This document shows, in pieces, positions 11,512-22,509 of a stretch of DNA of 64,000 nucleotides. Below the pieces are notes generated by a model. The model was not told the origin of the DNA and did no database searches. It saw nothing but the letters and a program-made list of their open reading frames with translations. Position 1 is the stretch's first letter. Each line of letters begins with the position of its first letter. A program made the position numbers and the translations under genes. The stretch covers positions 181,093-245,092 of the forward strand of contig VRVR01000047.1 of NCBI GenBank assembly GCA_009859145.1. Direction: 5' to 3'. This DNA is from Andalucia godoyi And28 (lineage: Eukaryota > Protista > Jakobida).

Positions 11512-14500
11512 CTAGGTGGACGTCGTCGTCACAGTATGAGGATTCGCAGGCATAGAGAATAGCGACCTCAGGCTGCGGGGTTCCTCATGAGGAAAGTCCA
11601 GAGATGCAGCAAGATCGGCGAACGCCGCAGGCGAAAGCAGTTGACTCTCGAACAGCGACCGCAGAAAATGCTGAACGACCAGGAAAATTTCTTCGACAAA
11701 AAGGTATCCTCGAGGACGAAGAAGCCCCAGCAGCCGCTTGACAAACGAGAATGCAGACACCAGGCAGGACACTGCAGAATCTAACAAGCATTCGCGAAAC
11801 GACTGGACCACAAACTGCAAAAATTTGATACAGTCATCCTGCAGTTGAAACGCAGCAGCAAGCTCCACAAAAAAGGAGCATGCATCAACAAATGCTCCGT
11901 AGAATGACTGTTCGATCTTGTCGTTCCACACTTTCTGCTGCTGCAGTTCACGCAGCATTGCGAAATCTCTCCGCATCCTTTCGAAACGATGCACGGGGTT
12001 GATCTTCTCGCTCGCACCTGCTGAGCGCGAATTCAAAGGGGTTGTCGAACGAAGGACCCGATTGACTTCAGATTCAAGAATAGGAAGCAACCGAGAATCC
12101 ACGACATGCTGGAACGATCCTCCAGACACGTGGTCTATGGTGATCTGAATGGCATGCTTCAGTGAGTCAACCATCTGCGAATTCAGAAACAAAAAGTGCA
12201 AATTCTCCAACGCTCTTAAGCGCTTCACAAACTCCTGGTGCAGGCGACGAAGAACAATCTCTCTTCGATCCGACGGCGTATCCCTAGCATGTCTCTGTGC
12301 GAACATCATTACATCCTCTCTTCGGAACCGGGTCTCCAACGAATCCATCAGAATATCAACACAAATGTTCATCAGACGGCCCAGCTGCGGATCTGAATTG
12401 AGAAATGCAGTTTCCAGATTTCTCCGGATGGACACCGGGACGATCCGAGCCAGGCGCTTGGTCGGAGTACTCCGGCCGTCTGGAGAACTGGTTGCGGACG
12501 TTGAAGTTCTGAAAATCGGCCGATTGGGACTGGAGAAGGAGGTCGAGAGTGTCTCGCCCATATTTGCAATTATAGGAAACAGCTGGGTCAGTTTGCCAGG
12601 GGGAAGAAACATAAATCTGCGAGAAGGACCTCGATGGGCGGGTTTGCGCGTGCCCATCGAAGACGTAAACCTCGAAGAAAGCAGCATTTCAACAACCGGT
12701 AGATCCAGATTCTCCGTAAACTCATCCAACAACATGCGCAGCAAGCACATCTCTTCCAGCAATGCCGTATGCAAATCCTCATGAGGGTCCTGGCCAGCCA
12801 CGACATCACGAACCTCCGAAACGGCACAGGTGTGAATGGACACGACGACGGAGGCTACGTCTTTGAGAAACGGAATGTGATCCCACAAATGCATGTGATC
12901 CAATGCCAGTTTGCACATCGGAAGCAGCCCACCAATAAGCGCCAGGAAGGCGCCAGTTTCGCAAGCACTCTTGAAGACCGCATCCAAGGAAAACGGACTC
13001 GGGCACAAAACGTCCCAAGCAGGATGGTCATGCCCGACTGTATGTTCAGAAGCTTGGAGAATGGGCTCGCTGTACAGAGTCACAAGGACTCGACACACTG
13101 TCTGCAGCTGCTGCATGTCCTCCCAGAAATGCGAAGCGCCACCAGAAGCGTAGAGTGCGAAGAGCGAGTGCAACCCATCTCGTAAGAACTGAGAGCAGGA
13201 GGCCAGAAGGTGCTGTCGGAAAAAAGGACGATTGCCTACCAGCCTCGCACATATCCCTGACATCAGTTTGTCCACAATCGAGACAGACGGGAACAGATCC
13301 AGCAAAAGTTCGTCTTCTTGACCGATTCCTCGGTCCGACGTTCGATCGGCATTTCGAAACTCTGAACCCGACGAAACAGGAACCGCATTCAGTAAGGGAG
13401 AGCGGACAGTCAGTGGTCTTGCAGAAGAGGAGGTAGAAGACGAAGAAGCGCCGCCGCCAGTGGACGATGCAGCGGCCTCCGCAGCTGATGGCGCGGATGA
13501 TGACGGAAAGGATTGCGCGGGGATGTTAGGGGCAACCATCCTGCTTTCTAATTTCAAGGTACGAACCATCTTGTTCGTTGGTTGCCACACAGAAGTTGCC
13601 GGAGAAGCTGCTGCAGGACCGACTGGAATCGGGGCTGGAGTCGTTGAAGACGAGCTCGCCATCACATGAAAGTCCTGCAAATTCAACCTCTTTTTCCTGC
13701 ATTGCGTGGCCGATGACGAAGGCCTCGTATCCGCAGAAGCAAAAGCATGCCCGGAGCGCTCGACAGAGGCGCCTGGCAATACAGTTGTGGAGCCTCCAAC
13801 CTGGGTGCTCTTCTTGTCGAGTGGATCTAAACGAGTCGCAGCTTTGTCGGCCAACGCCTCGCTCCAGATGCCCTCGCTCCAACGAGCAACAATCCACTTT
13901 GCAAACCAGTACTCGTTGCTTGGCATCAACAGAGCATTCAGCGCATCCACAGCGCTTCTGAGCTCTTCCTTGTTGATCGACACTGCAGAGCAAAACGGCA
14001 AAATTCTTGTATAGACAATTTCGAAGCACTTGACACGGTTGTCAAACTGCGATGTCTCTGTTGGGCCCCAGTCATGGCGCGTAGCTTTCATCAAGTCCAT
14101 CGATTGCTGGCGCTTTTCAGCATGCGTAGGCGGCGTGAATCGTAGTGCTGAGCCAGCTTTTTGAGTCAAATACGCATCAATCAGCGGACACTCCATGGGA
14201 CACGTGCTCACACTCTTCATAAAATTCTGAACCACACTTGCTTGCAACGGGACAAGAAGATGGCTCAAAAGAACGCACAGCATCCCGAGCATTCGATCCA
14301 CACTCGCGATCCGGAATCCAAATGCATTCGGTGCAGAGAGTTGCTCGGCACCCAAAACCCTGCCCAAGTCGCGACACACTATGATTTTGCATCGGCTGCT
14401 AAGCAGAGCGCCCAGTCGACCGACAATGAAGAGCGACGACACACACACCGATCCAGGAACAGGTGCCCTTGAAGGAACAGGATCCGCCGCGTCCGCGATC

Positions 14501-14991
14501 AGCGATGCAAGGTCCGCATAGGCAGCCGCGGCGTCCGTGATGCGTAAGGCCTCCAGAGCACGTGCCTCCTCATCCAGTGCCCCGGAACTAGACAGCTCGG
14601 GATATGAAAGCAACTTTTCAGCGGCTGCTCGGTGACATGCCAGAACCTTTTCTGCATCCGACACAATCTTCTTGACGAGGGCCTTCACAAACTGCGACCG
14701 GCCTATCCTGACTGTGTGCTCCTACGCGTACCGCTCACTCCCGAAAACATTACTCATCGCACGTGCACACAGAGATAGACGGACAGACGGACAGACATAA
14801 AAGAGGTAAAACAAAGGGTTAGTCAACTGAAATCAACAAGGAGACAGAATGAGAGCAGAGGCGGGAATGGCTCATACTGGAAATATGTGTGTTGGAAATG
14901 CAAGCGATGTGTCAAAGAGCCACTCGCGAACGGACGCCCAAGGAGCATGTGGGTCCCGCAATAGGAGACGCGCCGCAGCATCCGCATCCAT
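11512..14991 (-). CDS. CDAN1: Codanin-1-like protein; spliced model join(14991..14878, 14721..11512)
   Basis: Exon 1 MDADAAARLLLRDPHAPWASVREWLFDTSLAFPTHIFP ends at a GTATGA donor (14877); phase-0 acceptor CGTAG at 14722. 'RSQFVKALVKKIVSDAEKVL', 'VDRMLGMLCVLLSHLLVP' and 'RRNLETAFLNSDPQLGRLMNICVD' resemble conserved codanin-1 blocks as I recall them. Confidence 0.62.
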
Positions 14992-15217
14992 AATAATAAT
15001 AATAACTATTATTATTCTTATGAAATAATCGCGGGGTTCTTGGTCCTCCTCCAGCTGCTTGCTGAAACCTCGTTAGCGTCTTCTGTTTTGAGGATTTGTA
15101 TTTTTTATTGCTGAGGTCGCAGTTTCCATGTTCACGGTAAGCACTACGGACAGGCTGGGAAATGCTACGACAGGCTGATTGTAGACGTCGGAATGAGGAT
15201 CGATGCGAGCGCCGTTA

Positions 15218-18200
15218 TCAAGAAGTGTGGCTGGTGCACTCTGCATCCTCCAGCTTGCTGAGATCGGTCAGATGAGCGGACTTGTCTCTGATGAAAGAAT
15301 CTTGGAGAAACTTTGATATTTGCTCGTGGGTCGTGCCCCCGCGAAGATCCGTCGAGCGCATGAAGAGCGGAGCGAGTTGTGGACAGACCGTTCGAAGCAC
15401 GGCCACAGCCATTTGCACGTTCTTTTTCGCACGCGGGTTCATGCGCTTGTCGCAAAGAGCAATGTATGCCTTGAGAACTGGAACTGCAAATGGGCTGTCG
15501 GATTTCACCAGCTGAGACACGGATTCCAACGGAGGCCTCCGGAAGAGCTGCCGAGACGCACAGCCGTCTGTCCAGAGATCTGCGGCTAGCGCAGCCAATG
15601 TGAATGCCTTGGCATGGCTTCTGTCCTGGAAAACAAACAATCGCAGCGCACAGAGACTGATCATCTGAGGCCAGTTTCCAGGAGCCAGAAGCTCAGAGCA
15701 TCTGGAGACCAGAGTCAGAACGCAGGTGTCCAACGCCACCTTCCCTTCCTTGAGCATCCCGTTCACGCACTTTGTAAACATGATCATGTATGTTTCGCGT
15801 TCGCGCAGACCCTTTCGCTTGATGATCTTCATGGCGTGCTCAAAAGCATTACGAAGCGGGATGCATCGATCCAGCAGGGAGCACACAAACGAGCCAAAGT
15901 GGTAGGACAGCGGGACCAAGGAGTGCAGAATGGACGGGAAAACATCCCCACAGAACAGGTGTTCTCGAAACCCCAGCCCTACTGTGCTGTCAAGAAAGGA
16001 GAAGAGAGATGCGGACACCAGCCTCTTGAACCCAATGAACGTTCTAAGCCGATGCGTTATTTCCACAACTGACATCGAGGTTAAACAGAATATGCACTGC
16101 TGAACCGCATCGAGCAGCGTGCGGTCCAGAGGTCCTTTCTGATTGTTCAAAAGGTACTCGTCAAACCGTTGGGCAAAAGTCATCATGGACGAATATGCGC
16201 CCGAGGTAACATTCAGATCCGTGTGGGTGTGCATGATCCACGCCCGAAGCGCTCCAAAGGTTTCACTCATTTCCTCGCTGTCTGGACTGGCAATATTCAG
16301 TTTTCGCAGACGAGCAGCGCTGCGGCCAAACGAGCTCTGAAGATCCTCGCCTGCAGTGAACGACGGTGTATAGATATGAAAGGAGATCTGCGTATCGGAA
16401 AGAGACTCGTTGGCTGCGTCCACTGCGCCGTCGCCTGTATTCCCGCCACCGACGAGCCCCAAGCCGACGTTCGACATGCAAAAGCTGGCGTCGAGGCTTT
16501 CTGCAAAGTTCTGGCGCTCGGGTAATGGGGGACCTTTTGGAAGCCCGGCAATGTTATCTTCATAAAAGTCGAGAATGTCCATCGAATTGCAGTCATGGGC
16601 GGACAGGCACACCGTATCCGCGAGAGATGCCTCCATGAAAGATCCTTCAGGCGGAGTGTCATCGAGCAGGATGTTCAAAACCTCCGGCAGATCGGGGATG
16701 TCATCAAGAACTGTGCCGTCTCTCAGCGAAGACATGAGCGAGTGGAACTCGTTCACCAGCCGCGGGCTTGCGAGAGACGGTTCGAGACCGGGGCTAGAAA
16801 CGCTGGACCGTAGCGATCTTTTAAAAGTCTCGAACGATGAGTTCAGATCGTCCGAGCCATGTTCGTAGCACACGTAGTTGGGTCCGACAACGTGGTCATT
16901 CGAAATGATCTGCACCAGTCCATTTGAATCGTCCTCAGGGGCGGGATAAGCGTACCGAGATGGCAGTTCTTCGTCTTTAGCGAGCGACGTGACGCACACC
17001 TTGTGCGACAGCAGTGTGTCCGCCATATCCAGCAAGGTGTCTGTCGACAGGGCTGTGAGCATTCCAGAGGGCTCCGCTGGGTGCCGCACTGCAATCATCA
17101 TTCGAGTACTCGCGAAAGGAAAACACACATAGGAGCAGAACATCGGGACAACATGAATACTGGGGCAAAACAGACTGCACATGCGTTTGGACACCATTTC
17201 AAGCAAAGACGCATATTCGACTTCCACACTGGAAGAGGCAATCCAGTGGCATGAAGAACAGGGGACGCTTTGGGCTGGCCCCACCATTCCAGACGCCCAG
17301 CAATCTGACACGAGAAAATTCCGGCATTCTTGCAAATAGGCAAGACTCGGAGATACGGACGCCGCCTGGGTGGCGATTGCCATCATGACAAGACTGATCG
17401 ACAGAAGCGGATACGAAGTGTCGAGGACGCTTTTCACCGTGTCAGACAGTTCAAAATCAATGCACCCCAGATGCGCTCCGAAGAACACCGCTGCGATCGA
17501 CAGCAGGGAACCAACCTCAGAGGTGACGTCGAACTGTAAGAGGCCAGCATTCTTTGCAGAAAGCGGTGACGACTGCAGAAATGGCTCCAGTGCGTCCAGC
17601 GCGCTTGCAACGAACTGCCGATTCTGCGGTAAAAACCGAAGCGAGTTGCGCTTGGACAGTATAGTGTCAAATATCCCAGAATTCAGCAGAGTTATTTCGA
17701 CAGCGGAAACATCACGACCCTGCAGCGTAACCTTTTTCGGTTCGCACGGGAAGAAACTCCAAGAAGTCTGAGTATTGCAAATCAGAAAAGGAAACACATC
17801 GCTCAGTGTGGAAAACATGCGCAACAACACTCCGTCCAATGATGCTGTGCTTTCATACCACAACGAAATTCCGGGTTGGAGCGACCGGTCAATCGAGATG
17901 GAGCGAATGTGGAGAACACCAGGCGGATCAAGCTGGATGAAATCATTCAGCTGCTTTGCAGCAGATGCAGTTGCGAACGAATTGAGCAAGGACTGCGGAA
18001 GCAACGTCAGTCGCTTCAGTATTGTGATCGGGCACCCGAGCATCACCAAGGATTCCACGTGGCGATGCTCTACCTTCTTGAACACTCCGAACGGATCCAC
18101 CACAATGTGCTTCCACGGCCGAGGACGCTGCGATTTGGCATCCACCAGCTTAATCTCGGCCGACTCGCCATCGCAGTAGCGGTACGTGCTGTGATCTTCG

Positions 18201-18259
18201 CACACCGAACACACATTCCACCGTCCGTCGCCGTGAAACGCGTGCATCGCCCCTCTCAT
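15218..18259 (-). CDS. Hypothetical protein (1013 aa), helical C-terminal region
   Basis: Long ATG-initiated ORF with globular composition; no family recognised. Confidence 0.75.
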   Translation of the reverse strand: MRGAMHAFHGDGRWNVCSVCEDHSTYRYCDGESAEIKLVDAKSQRPRPWKHIVVDPFGVFKKVEHRHVESLVMLGCPITILKRLTLLPQSLLNSFATASAAKQLNDFIQLDPPGVLHIRSISIDRSLQPGISLWYESTASLDGVLLRMFSTLSDVFPFLICNTQTSWSFFPCEPKKVTLQGRDVSAVEITLLNSGIFDTILSKRNSLRFLPQNRQFVASALDALEPFLQSSPLSAKNAGLLQFDVTSEVGSLLSIAAVFFGAHLGCIDFELSDTVKSVLDTSYPLLSISLVMMAIATQAASVSPSLAYLQECRNFLVSDCWASGMVGPAQSVPCSSCHWIASSSVEVEYASLLEMVSKRMCSLFCPSIHVVPMFCSYVCFPFASTRMMIAVRHPAEPSGMLTALSTDTLLDMADTLLSHKVCVTSLAKDEELPSRYAYPAPEDDSNGLVQIISNDHVVGPNYVCYEHGSDDLNSSFETFKRSLRSSVSSPGLEPSLASPRLVNEFHSLMSSLRDGTVLDDIPDLPEVLNILLDDTPPEGSFMEASLADTVCLSAHDCNSMDILDFYEDNIAGLPKGPPLPERQNFAESLDASFCMSNVGLGLVGGGNTGDGAVDAANESLSDTQISFHIYTPSFTAGEDLQSSFGRSAARLRKLNIASPDSEEMSETFGALRAWIMHTHTDLNVTSGAYSSMMTFAQRFDEYLLNNQKGPLDRTLLDAVQQCIFCLTSMSVVEITHRLRTFIGFKRLVSASLFSFLDSTVGLGFREHLFCGDVFPSILHSLVPLSYHFGSFVCSLLDRCIPLRNAFEHAMKIIKRKGLRERETYMIMFTKCVNGMLKEGKVALDTCVLTLVSRCSELLAPGNWPQMISLCALRLFVFQDRSHAKAFTLAALAADLWTDGCASRQLFRRPPLESVSQLVKSDSPFAVPVLKAYIALCDKRMNPRAKKNVQMAVAVLRTVCPQLAPLFMRSTDLRGGTTHEQISKFLQDSFIRDKSAHLTDLSKLEDAECTSHTS

Positions 18260-18491
18260 ACGAACCTGTCCAGTATTTCACAGGGATATACTCAAAGTAA
18301 TAAATGCATATTTTAACGCTTACAATACACATGGGGGAAGCATCCCCGGTACATATGCAGGAAAACAGCACCGTATCCGGCAGAACGTAGAAAAAATACC
18401 CCTTTCGGAACATTCTGCAACCGGCCATAATATGTGTCAGCCAGGAAATGCGAAAACCTTCCATATTCTGCACGATGGATCGGGAGATTAC

Positions 18492-20192
18492 CTAATGAGA
18501 CGCTTCCTCACGACAAGCTGCCTCAAACAGTGCTGCCTCGAATGCTGCTTCCTCGTCCACACCAGGCGTCGTTGTATGAGCTTCGTCGCAGAGCAGCGGT
18601 AGCACACAAGAAGGCGACTGACCTGGTGCGCCAACGTCCCTGAGGAGAGCATCCACAGAAGTATCATCTTGCTGGAGAATCACGTCCATGAACACGCCCT
18701 CGATTTCAAACGGCAATGGTCGAAAAGATGGAAGGATGGGCTTGGGAGACGAGCGGTAGTCTGCATACCGGCAGTCTGGATCGAAGCATTTCTGATAAAA
18801 CGTGCCGGATTTGAGGTCAATCAAGTAGTATTGTGTGTTGGACTTGTGTTGCCGACCGATGTTTTCACAATACTTGTTTCCAATTGTCGACACCGTCAGA
18901 ATCTGTGCGCTGCTATCTATGATTTGCCACTTTCGCATTTGCAGCGGTTCATGCCGTGTGTAGAAATCCGGGATGGGAAATCCTGCAAACGACTGCCATT
19001 CTTCAAACAGAGGGTGCAAGTTGGGCTGCGAAACCTTGGTGAAAAGTTGCTCGAGGAAGAAGCGAACGGAAGGAAACGGGAACGTCGTCAACGACCCTTC
19101 AGCGACAGGAGCGTCTCGTTCCAGGCTTGGGCAACCGGAACCATTTTGCCTCCACAAGCATGTTCCCAGCGGGTACTTCGACCCCGAGGACGATGCAGAT
19201 TTTGCGTCGAGTGTCCATTCCAGTATTCTTAGCGATGCTGGGTTGTACAAGCTCAGATCCGCTACAACAAGCGAGTTCTTAAACTTGCACTTTTCTGCAC
19301 TGATGCTGCCGAGCTCCGAGGACTTTCGATACAGAAACGGATTGTGTTTCGCAAACTTGCTTGATCGATACAGCCGAAAGCATCTGTTCCGCGTGTACAC
19401 GCCAACGTCGATGCACGGAACCTCCTTCTTGGACACATTACCATCGTCGTCGACATCTTTTTTCTTCACAAACAACACGTTGATTCTCGGATCGAATTCC
19501 CGGCGACCCTGGAGCTCATCCAGCATTGCAAAGACGAACTGTCCGACATGCAGATTGTTCTTCCACACAGCATCCGCGAACGGGACAACCAAGTGCTTGG
19601 AGAACTTGTGGCTCGTGCACGCGTCCAGGCACACGATTTTTGCCCGTGTGGACTCGAGGGTTGTGCATTGCACCGCCATCAGCCGCTGCGCGCCTTCCAA
19701 GAAAAGATCAATCAGAACCTGCACCATATGTTCGCCGTCACGGTCCGGACTGTCCTCCAGCATGTATTCCACATCAAAGTACAAGTGACACACGTCAGCC
19801 TCGCGGATAACTTCGTTGTAGCACACTGCACCGTCTCTTCCCGCAACAGCAGTGTTCCTTTCTTCCTCCAGCAATTCATAGTACCGATCGAAAAACGAGT
19901 CCACGGACGCAACAACGTACTTGCGACGTCCGGCACTCGACAGCTCATATGCCCACAGTCGAAGATGCGCACCTGCTTCGTGGTGCCGCGCGTACAAAAG
20001 CGCCTCTTCCTGCTTGCCAAACTCGGTCCACACAGCACGACCACTTAATCTCCTTTGTTTCGCGCGATCCTCAACTTTGCGCAGAAACTTCCTCCACGCA
20101 GGCTCGTCGTCCGCACCAATGCTATCGCTCTTCTTCCCGTAAAAGAAAGATTTCGACAAGGACTTTAGCTGCTTTCGACCTTGCGAATCCAT
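18492..20192 (-). CDS. PRIMPOL: DNA-directed primase/polymerase PrimPol
   Basis: AEP motifs 'HLYFDVEY', 'KFSKHLV', 'IDVGVYTRNRCFRLYRSSK'; UL52-type Zn finger 'YCENIGRQHKSN...QKCFDPDC'; acidic C-terminal tail. Start is uncertain (ATGs at about 20192-20231). Confidence 0.95.
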   Translation of the reverse strand: MDSQGRKQLKSLSKSFFYGKKSDSIGADDEPAWRKFLRKVEDRAKQRRLSGRAVWTEFGKQEEALLYARHHEAGAHLRLWAYELSSAGRRKYVVASVDSFFDRYYELLEEERNTAVAGRDGAVCYNEVIREADVCHLYFDVEYMLEDSPDRDGEHMVQVLIDLFLEGAQRLMAVQCTTLESTRAKIVCLDACTSHKFSKHLVVPFADAVWKNNLHVGQFVFAMLDELQGRREFDPRINVLFVKKKDVDDDGNVSKKEVPCIDVGVYTRNRCFRLYRSSKFAKHNPFLYRKSSELGSISAEKCKFKNSLVVADLSLYNPASLRILEWTLDAKSASSSGSKYPLGTCLWRQNGSGCPSLERDAPVAEGSLTTFPFPSVRFFLEQLFTKVSQPNLHPLFEEWQSFAGFPIPDFYTRHEPLQMRKWQIIDSSAQILTVSTIGNKYCENIGRQHKSNTQYYLIDLKSGTFYQKCFDPDCRYADYRSSPKPILPSFRPLPFEIEGVFMDVILQQDDTSVDALLRDVGAPGQSPSCVLPLLCDEAHTTTPGVDEEAAFEAALFEAACREEASH

Positions 20193-21090
20193 CGTCGTCG
20201 CATGCTCCATGCTCCAAACTGCCATACATCCGTCTGGTCTTGCCAAACGCGTCTATGCTCCCTCCCGCCCCCAGACTATGCCTCCTCCTTCTCCTCCTTC
20301 TCCTCCGAGTTTCGGCGCCGTTTCATCACGATACGTCTGCTGCATGAAAGATTACCAAAAGACGGGGCCTTTCCAACACGAAGAGCGACCCCCCCGATGC
20401 TGGGAAACAATGGTGATTGATGCTGAATAGCAGTAGTCAGTAAGATGTGCAGCAAGCTTGAAGTGTCGCTGCAGCATCACGTGTCATTGGTAATCACAGA
20501 TAGCTAATCTCTTCCGTTCCCGTGTTTCGTTTGTCTGCCAACGGACTCGGAGTGGGTTCCGTTGGGAAACCTGCAGCCCGTTTTGCAAGAGATGCGACGT
20601 CTTCCCCCCCAGCTCACCCTCACGATACTGGCGCCGCCGCCTCGTCAGTAATCATTGGAAGAACGTTATCCGTGGCGACACCTGTCGCGTGTTGGGGCAC
20701 GTACGGTGAGGGGGGTGCAGAAAAAACTTGGGTGAGAAGTGCACAATGCAGGCATTTTAGTGGTGCTCTTAAATGTGCATTTTACCGACGGGAGTTTGGT
20801 CTCTGGGATTTTTTCTTTTAATTTTACACTACTACAAGCTTCTATTTCTCTTTCTCCTTGAGATGCGGCGGAAGTAGGAGGGGTTTTCAAAGCATTTTGT
20901 TATTTTTTTTTCTCTCCCTCCTGCAAGAAAACATCTGAAGATAAGAACAAAACAGACATACACAGACAGGACAAACAAACAAGACCAGAGAGACCCGTTA
21001 CAAACGAAAGAAGAAGAAGAGGAAGAAGAAGGGAAAGCGAGGTAGTGCATGATCGAAAGAGATGCTCTGCAGAGAGATCCGCTGGTCAGA

Positions 21091-21744
21091 TTACTTGCAG
21101 TCGACCTTGGACATGCAGATTTGGTTCTTCATGGCCTCGGTGGTCTTGGGGCAAGTGATGCAGCACAGGCCGTTCTTGCACTCTGCAGTGATCTTGTTGC
21201 GCATGATGCAGTCCATGGGGAGACGGACGAGACGCTGGCACATCATTCCTCCACATCGCTCCATGCGATGGCACATCATGTTGTTCATGGCGGCGTTGGG
21301 GGTGGTGGATGCGGCCATCATCATGGACTGGGCACACATCTGAGCACACGACTTGGGATTGCAGCAGATTCGCATGATATCGCCACAGAGTTCGACGCAA
21401 ATGTCCTCCTTGGCGCATCCCGGGCAGTCGATCATGACCATGTAGCACTCCGGCATCTCCATGATGTCACAGGACATCTTGTTCATGGAGCGCATCATCA
21501 TCATGTTCGTGGACGACGCCATGCCGTTGTTGTTGTTCATCATCATTGCCTGCGATCCGTTCGACAGCGACGCAGGGGACATTTGCTTCATATCCTGCAT
21601 CATCTGCATGTCCGGAGAGCACGCATTCATCATCATCATCGAAGGGTTCATCATCATCATCGGCATCTGCAGCATCATAGACTCCTGGTCCATCACTTTA
21701 GGTGCAGTCGCACAGTCAAACATGCATGTTTCGCGGGCTTGCAT
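21091..21744 (-). CDS. Met/Cys-hyper-rich small heat-shock protein (HSP20/alpha-crystallin domain)
   Basis: 'CDIMEMPECYMVMIDCPGCAKEDICVELCGDIMRI' matches D(I/V)xExxxxYxxxxDLPGxxKEDIxVE; 'HRMERCGG..QRLVRLP..I.AECKNGLCCITCPK' matches ERxYGxFxRxxxLP and AxYxNGVLxIxxPK; hand count 48 Met and 23 Cys in 217 aa. Confidence 0.85.
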   Translation of the reverse strand: MQARETCMFDCATAPKVMDQESMMLQMPMMMMNPSMMMMNACSPDMQMMQDMKQMSPASLSNGSQAMMMNNNNGMASSTNMMMMRSMNKMSCDIMEMPECYMVMIDCPGCAKEDICVELCGDIMRICCNPKSCAQMCAQSMMMAASTTPNAAMNNMMCHRMERCGGMMCQRLVRLPMDCIMRNKITAECKNGLCCITCPKTTEAMKNQICMSKVDCK

Positions 21745-21920
21745 TTTTCCAGAAATGTCGTAAGGAAGGGGAGTGAGGTGGAAAACAGTGAGGGACTGAA
21801 AGAGTCGATGTTCGTTGCTGCGTCTTTCTCGGCGAAGAAACTTGAACAAACAAAACAACAAGAGGAAGGAAAGAAGGAAAGAAAAAAGACAAAAGCACGA
21901 GAGACTCGCGTTTCCGAGGC

Positions 21921-21927
21921 TTATATA
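21921..21927 (-). promoter_or_regulatory. Putative TATA box (TATATAA) upstream of the Met/Cys-rich sHSP
   Basis: CTGTATATAAGCC on the minus strand about 180 nt upstream of ATG 21744, followed by a pyrimidine-rich leader. Confidence 0.45.
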
Positions 21928-22373
21928 CAGAATGAAGGCCCACCACAGACATTCGCGTTGTTGAACGCGTCGTCGAGTTCAATATTTCCAGTCGCCACTT
22001 GCCCTCTTGCTAAAAGAATCGGATGCAGGAGCTGTAGCACGAACGGCGGACGACCGGATTCTGGTGCAGGCAGACTGTCCCGTTGCTTGCATTCGCGGGG
22101 AAGCATGTCTGCTTGCTTGAAGTTCGTCTTTCAGTCTGCATACTTTCTGCGGTCGGATATTTCCCCCTCGTCTGCTCAGACGCGTTGCTTGTTCGGGCCT
22201 CCATTTTTGTCATTCCAGTACTTGATCCCCCGCGACATTTTGAGGAATCGCCGTTTTCCACAACGAGCCGCGGAACCTTCCAACCACTCGCTTCGCTTTT
22301 GTTCCAGTCCAGTGGAAGCTGCGGACGCCAAATCTCGTTTTGGGTGGGAGGAACTCATGCAGGAGAATGACGA

Positions 22374-22438
22374 AAATAAATAAATAAATAAATGAATGAA
22401 TGAATGAATGAATGAATGAATGAATAAATAAATAAATA
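22374..22438. repeat. (AAAT)n/(GAAT)n tetranucleotide microsatellite
   Basis: Direct reading, intergenic. Confidence 0.95.
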
Positions 22439-22509
22439 ACTTCACACACAGTGCAACAAGTGCTCGGTGCTCATGCTCGTGTGGAAAAAAAAAGAAAAAT
22501 GCTACCATT

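Noticed and set aside
14722-14757. ATG-initiated frame MSNVFGSERYA-TAG-EHTV... suggesting TAG readthrough or codon reassignment
   Set aside because: The TAG is the acceptor of a GT-AG intron (14877-14722) that joins a better upstream exon in phase; many genes here terminate at TAG
21049-22383. 444-aa His-rich plus-strand ORF
   Set aside because: CAT/CAC runs are the reverse complement of the sHSP ATG/GTG codons; an antisense shadow
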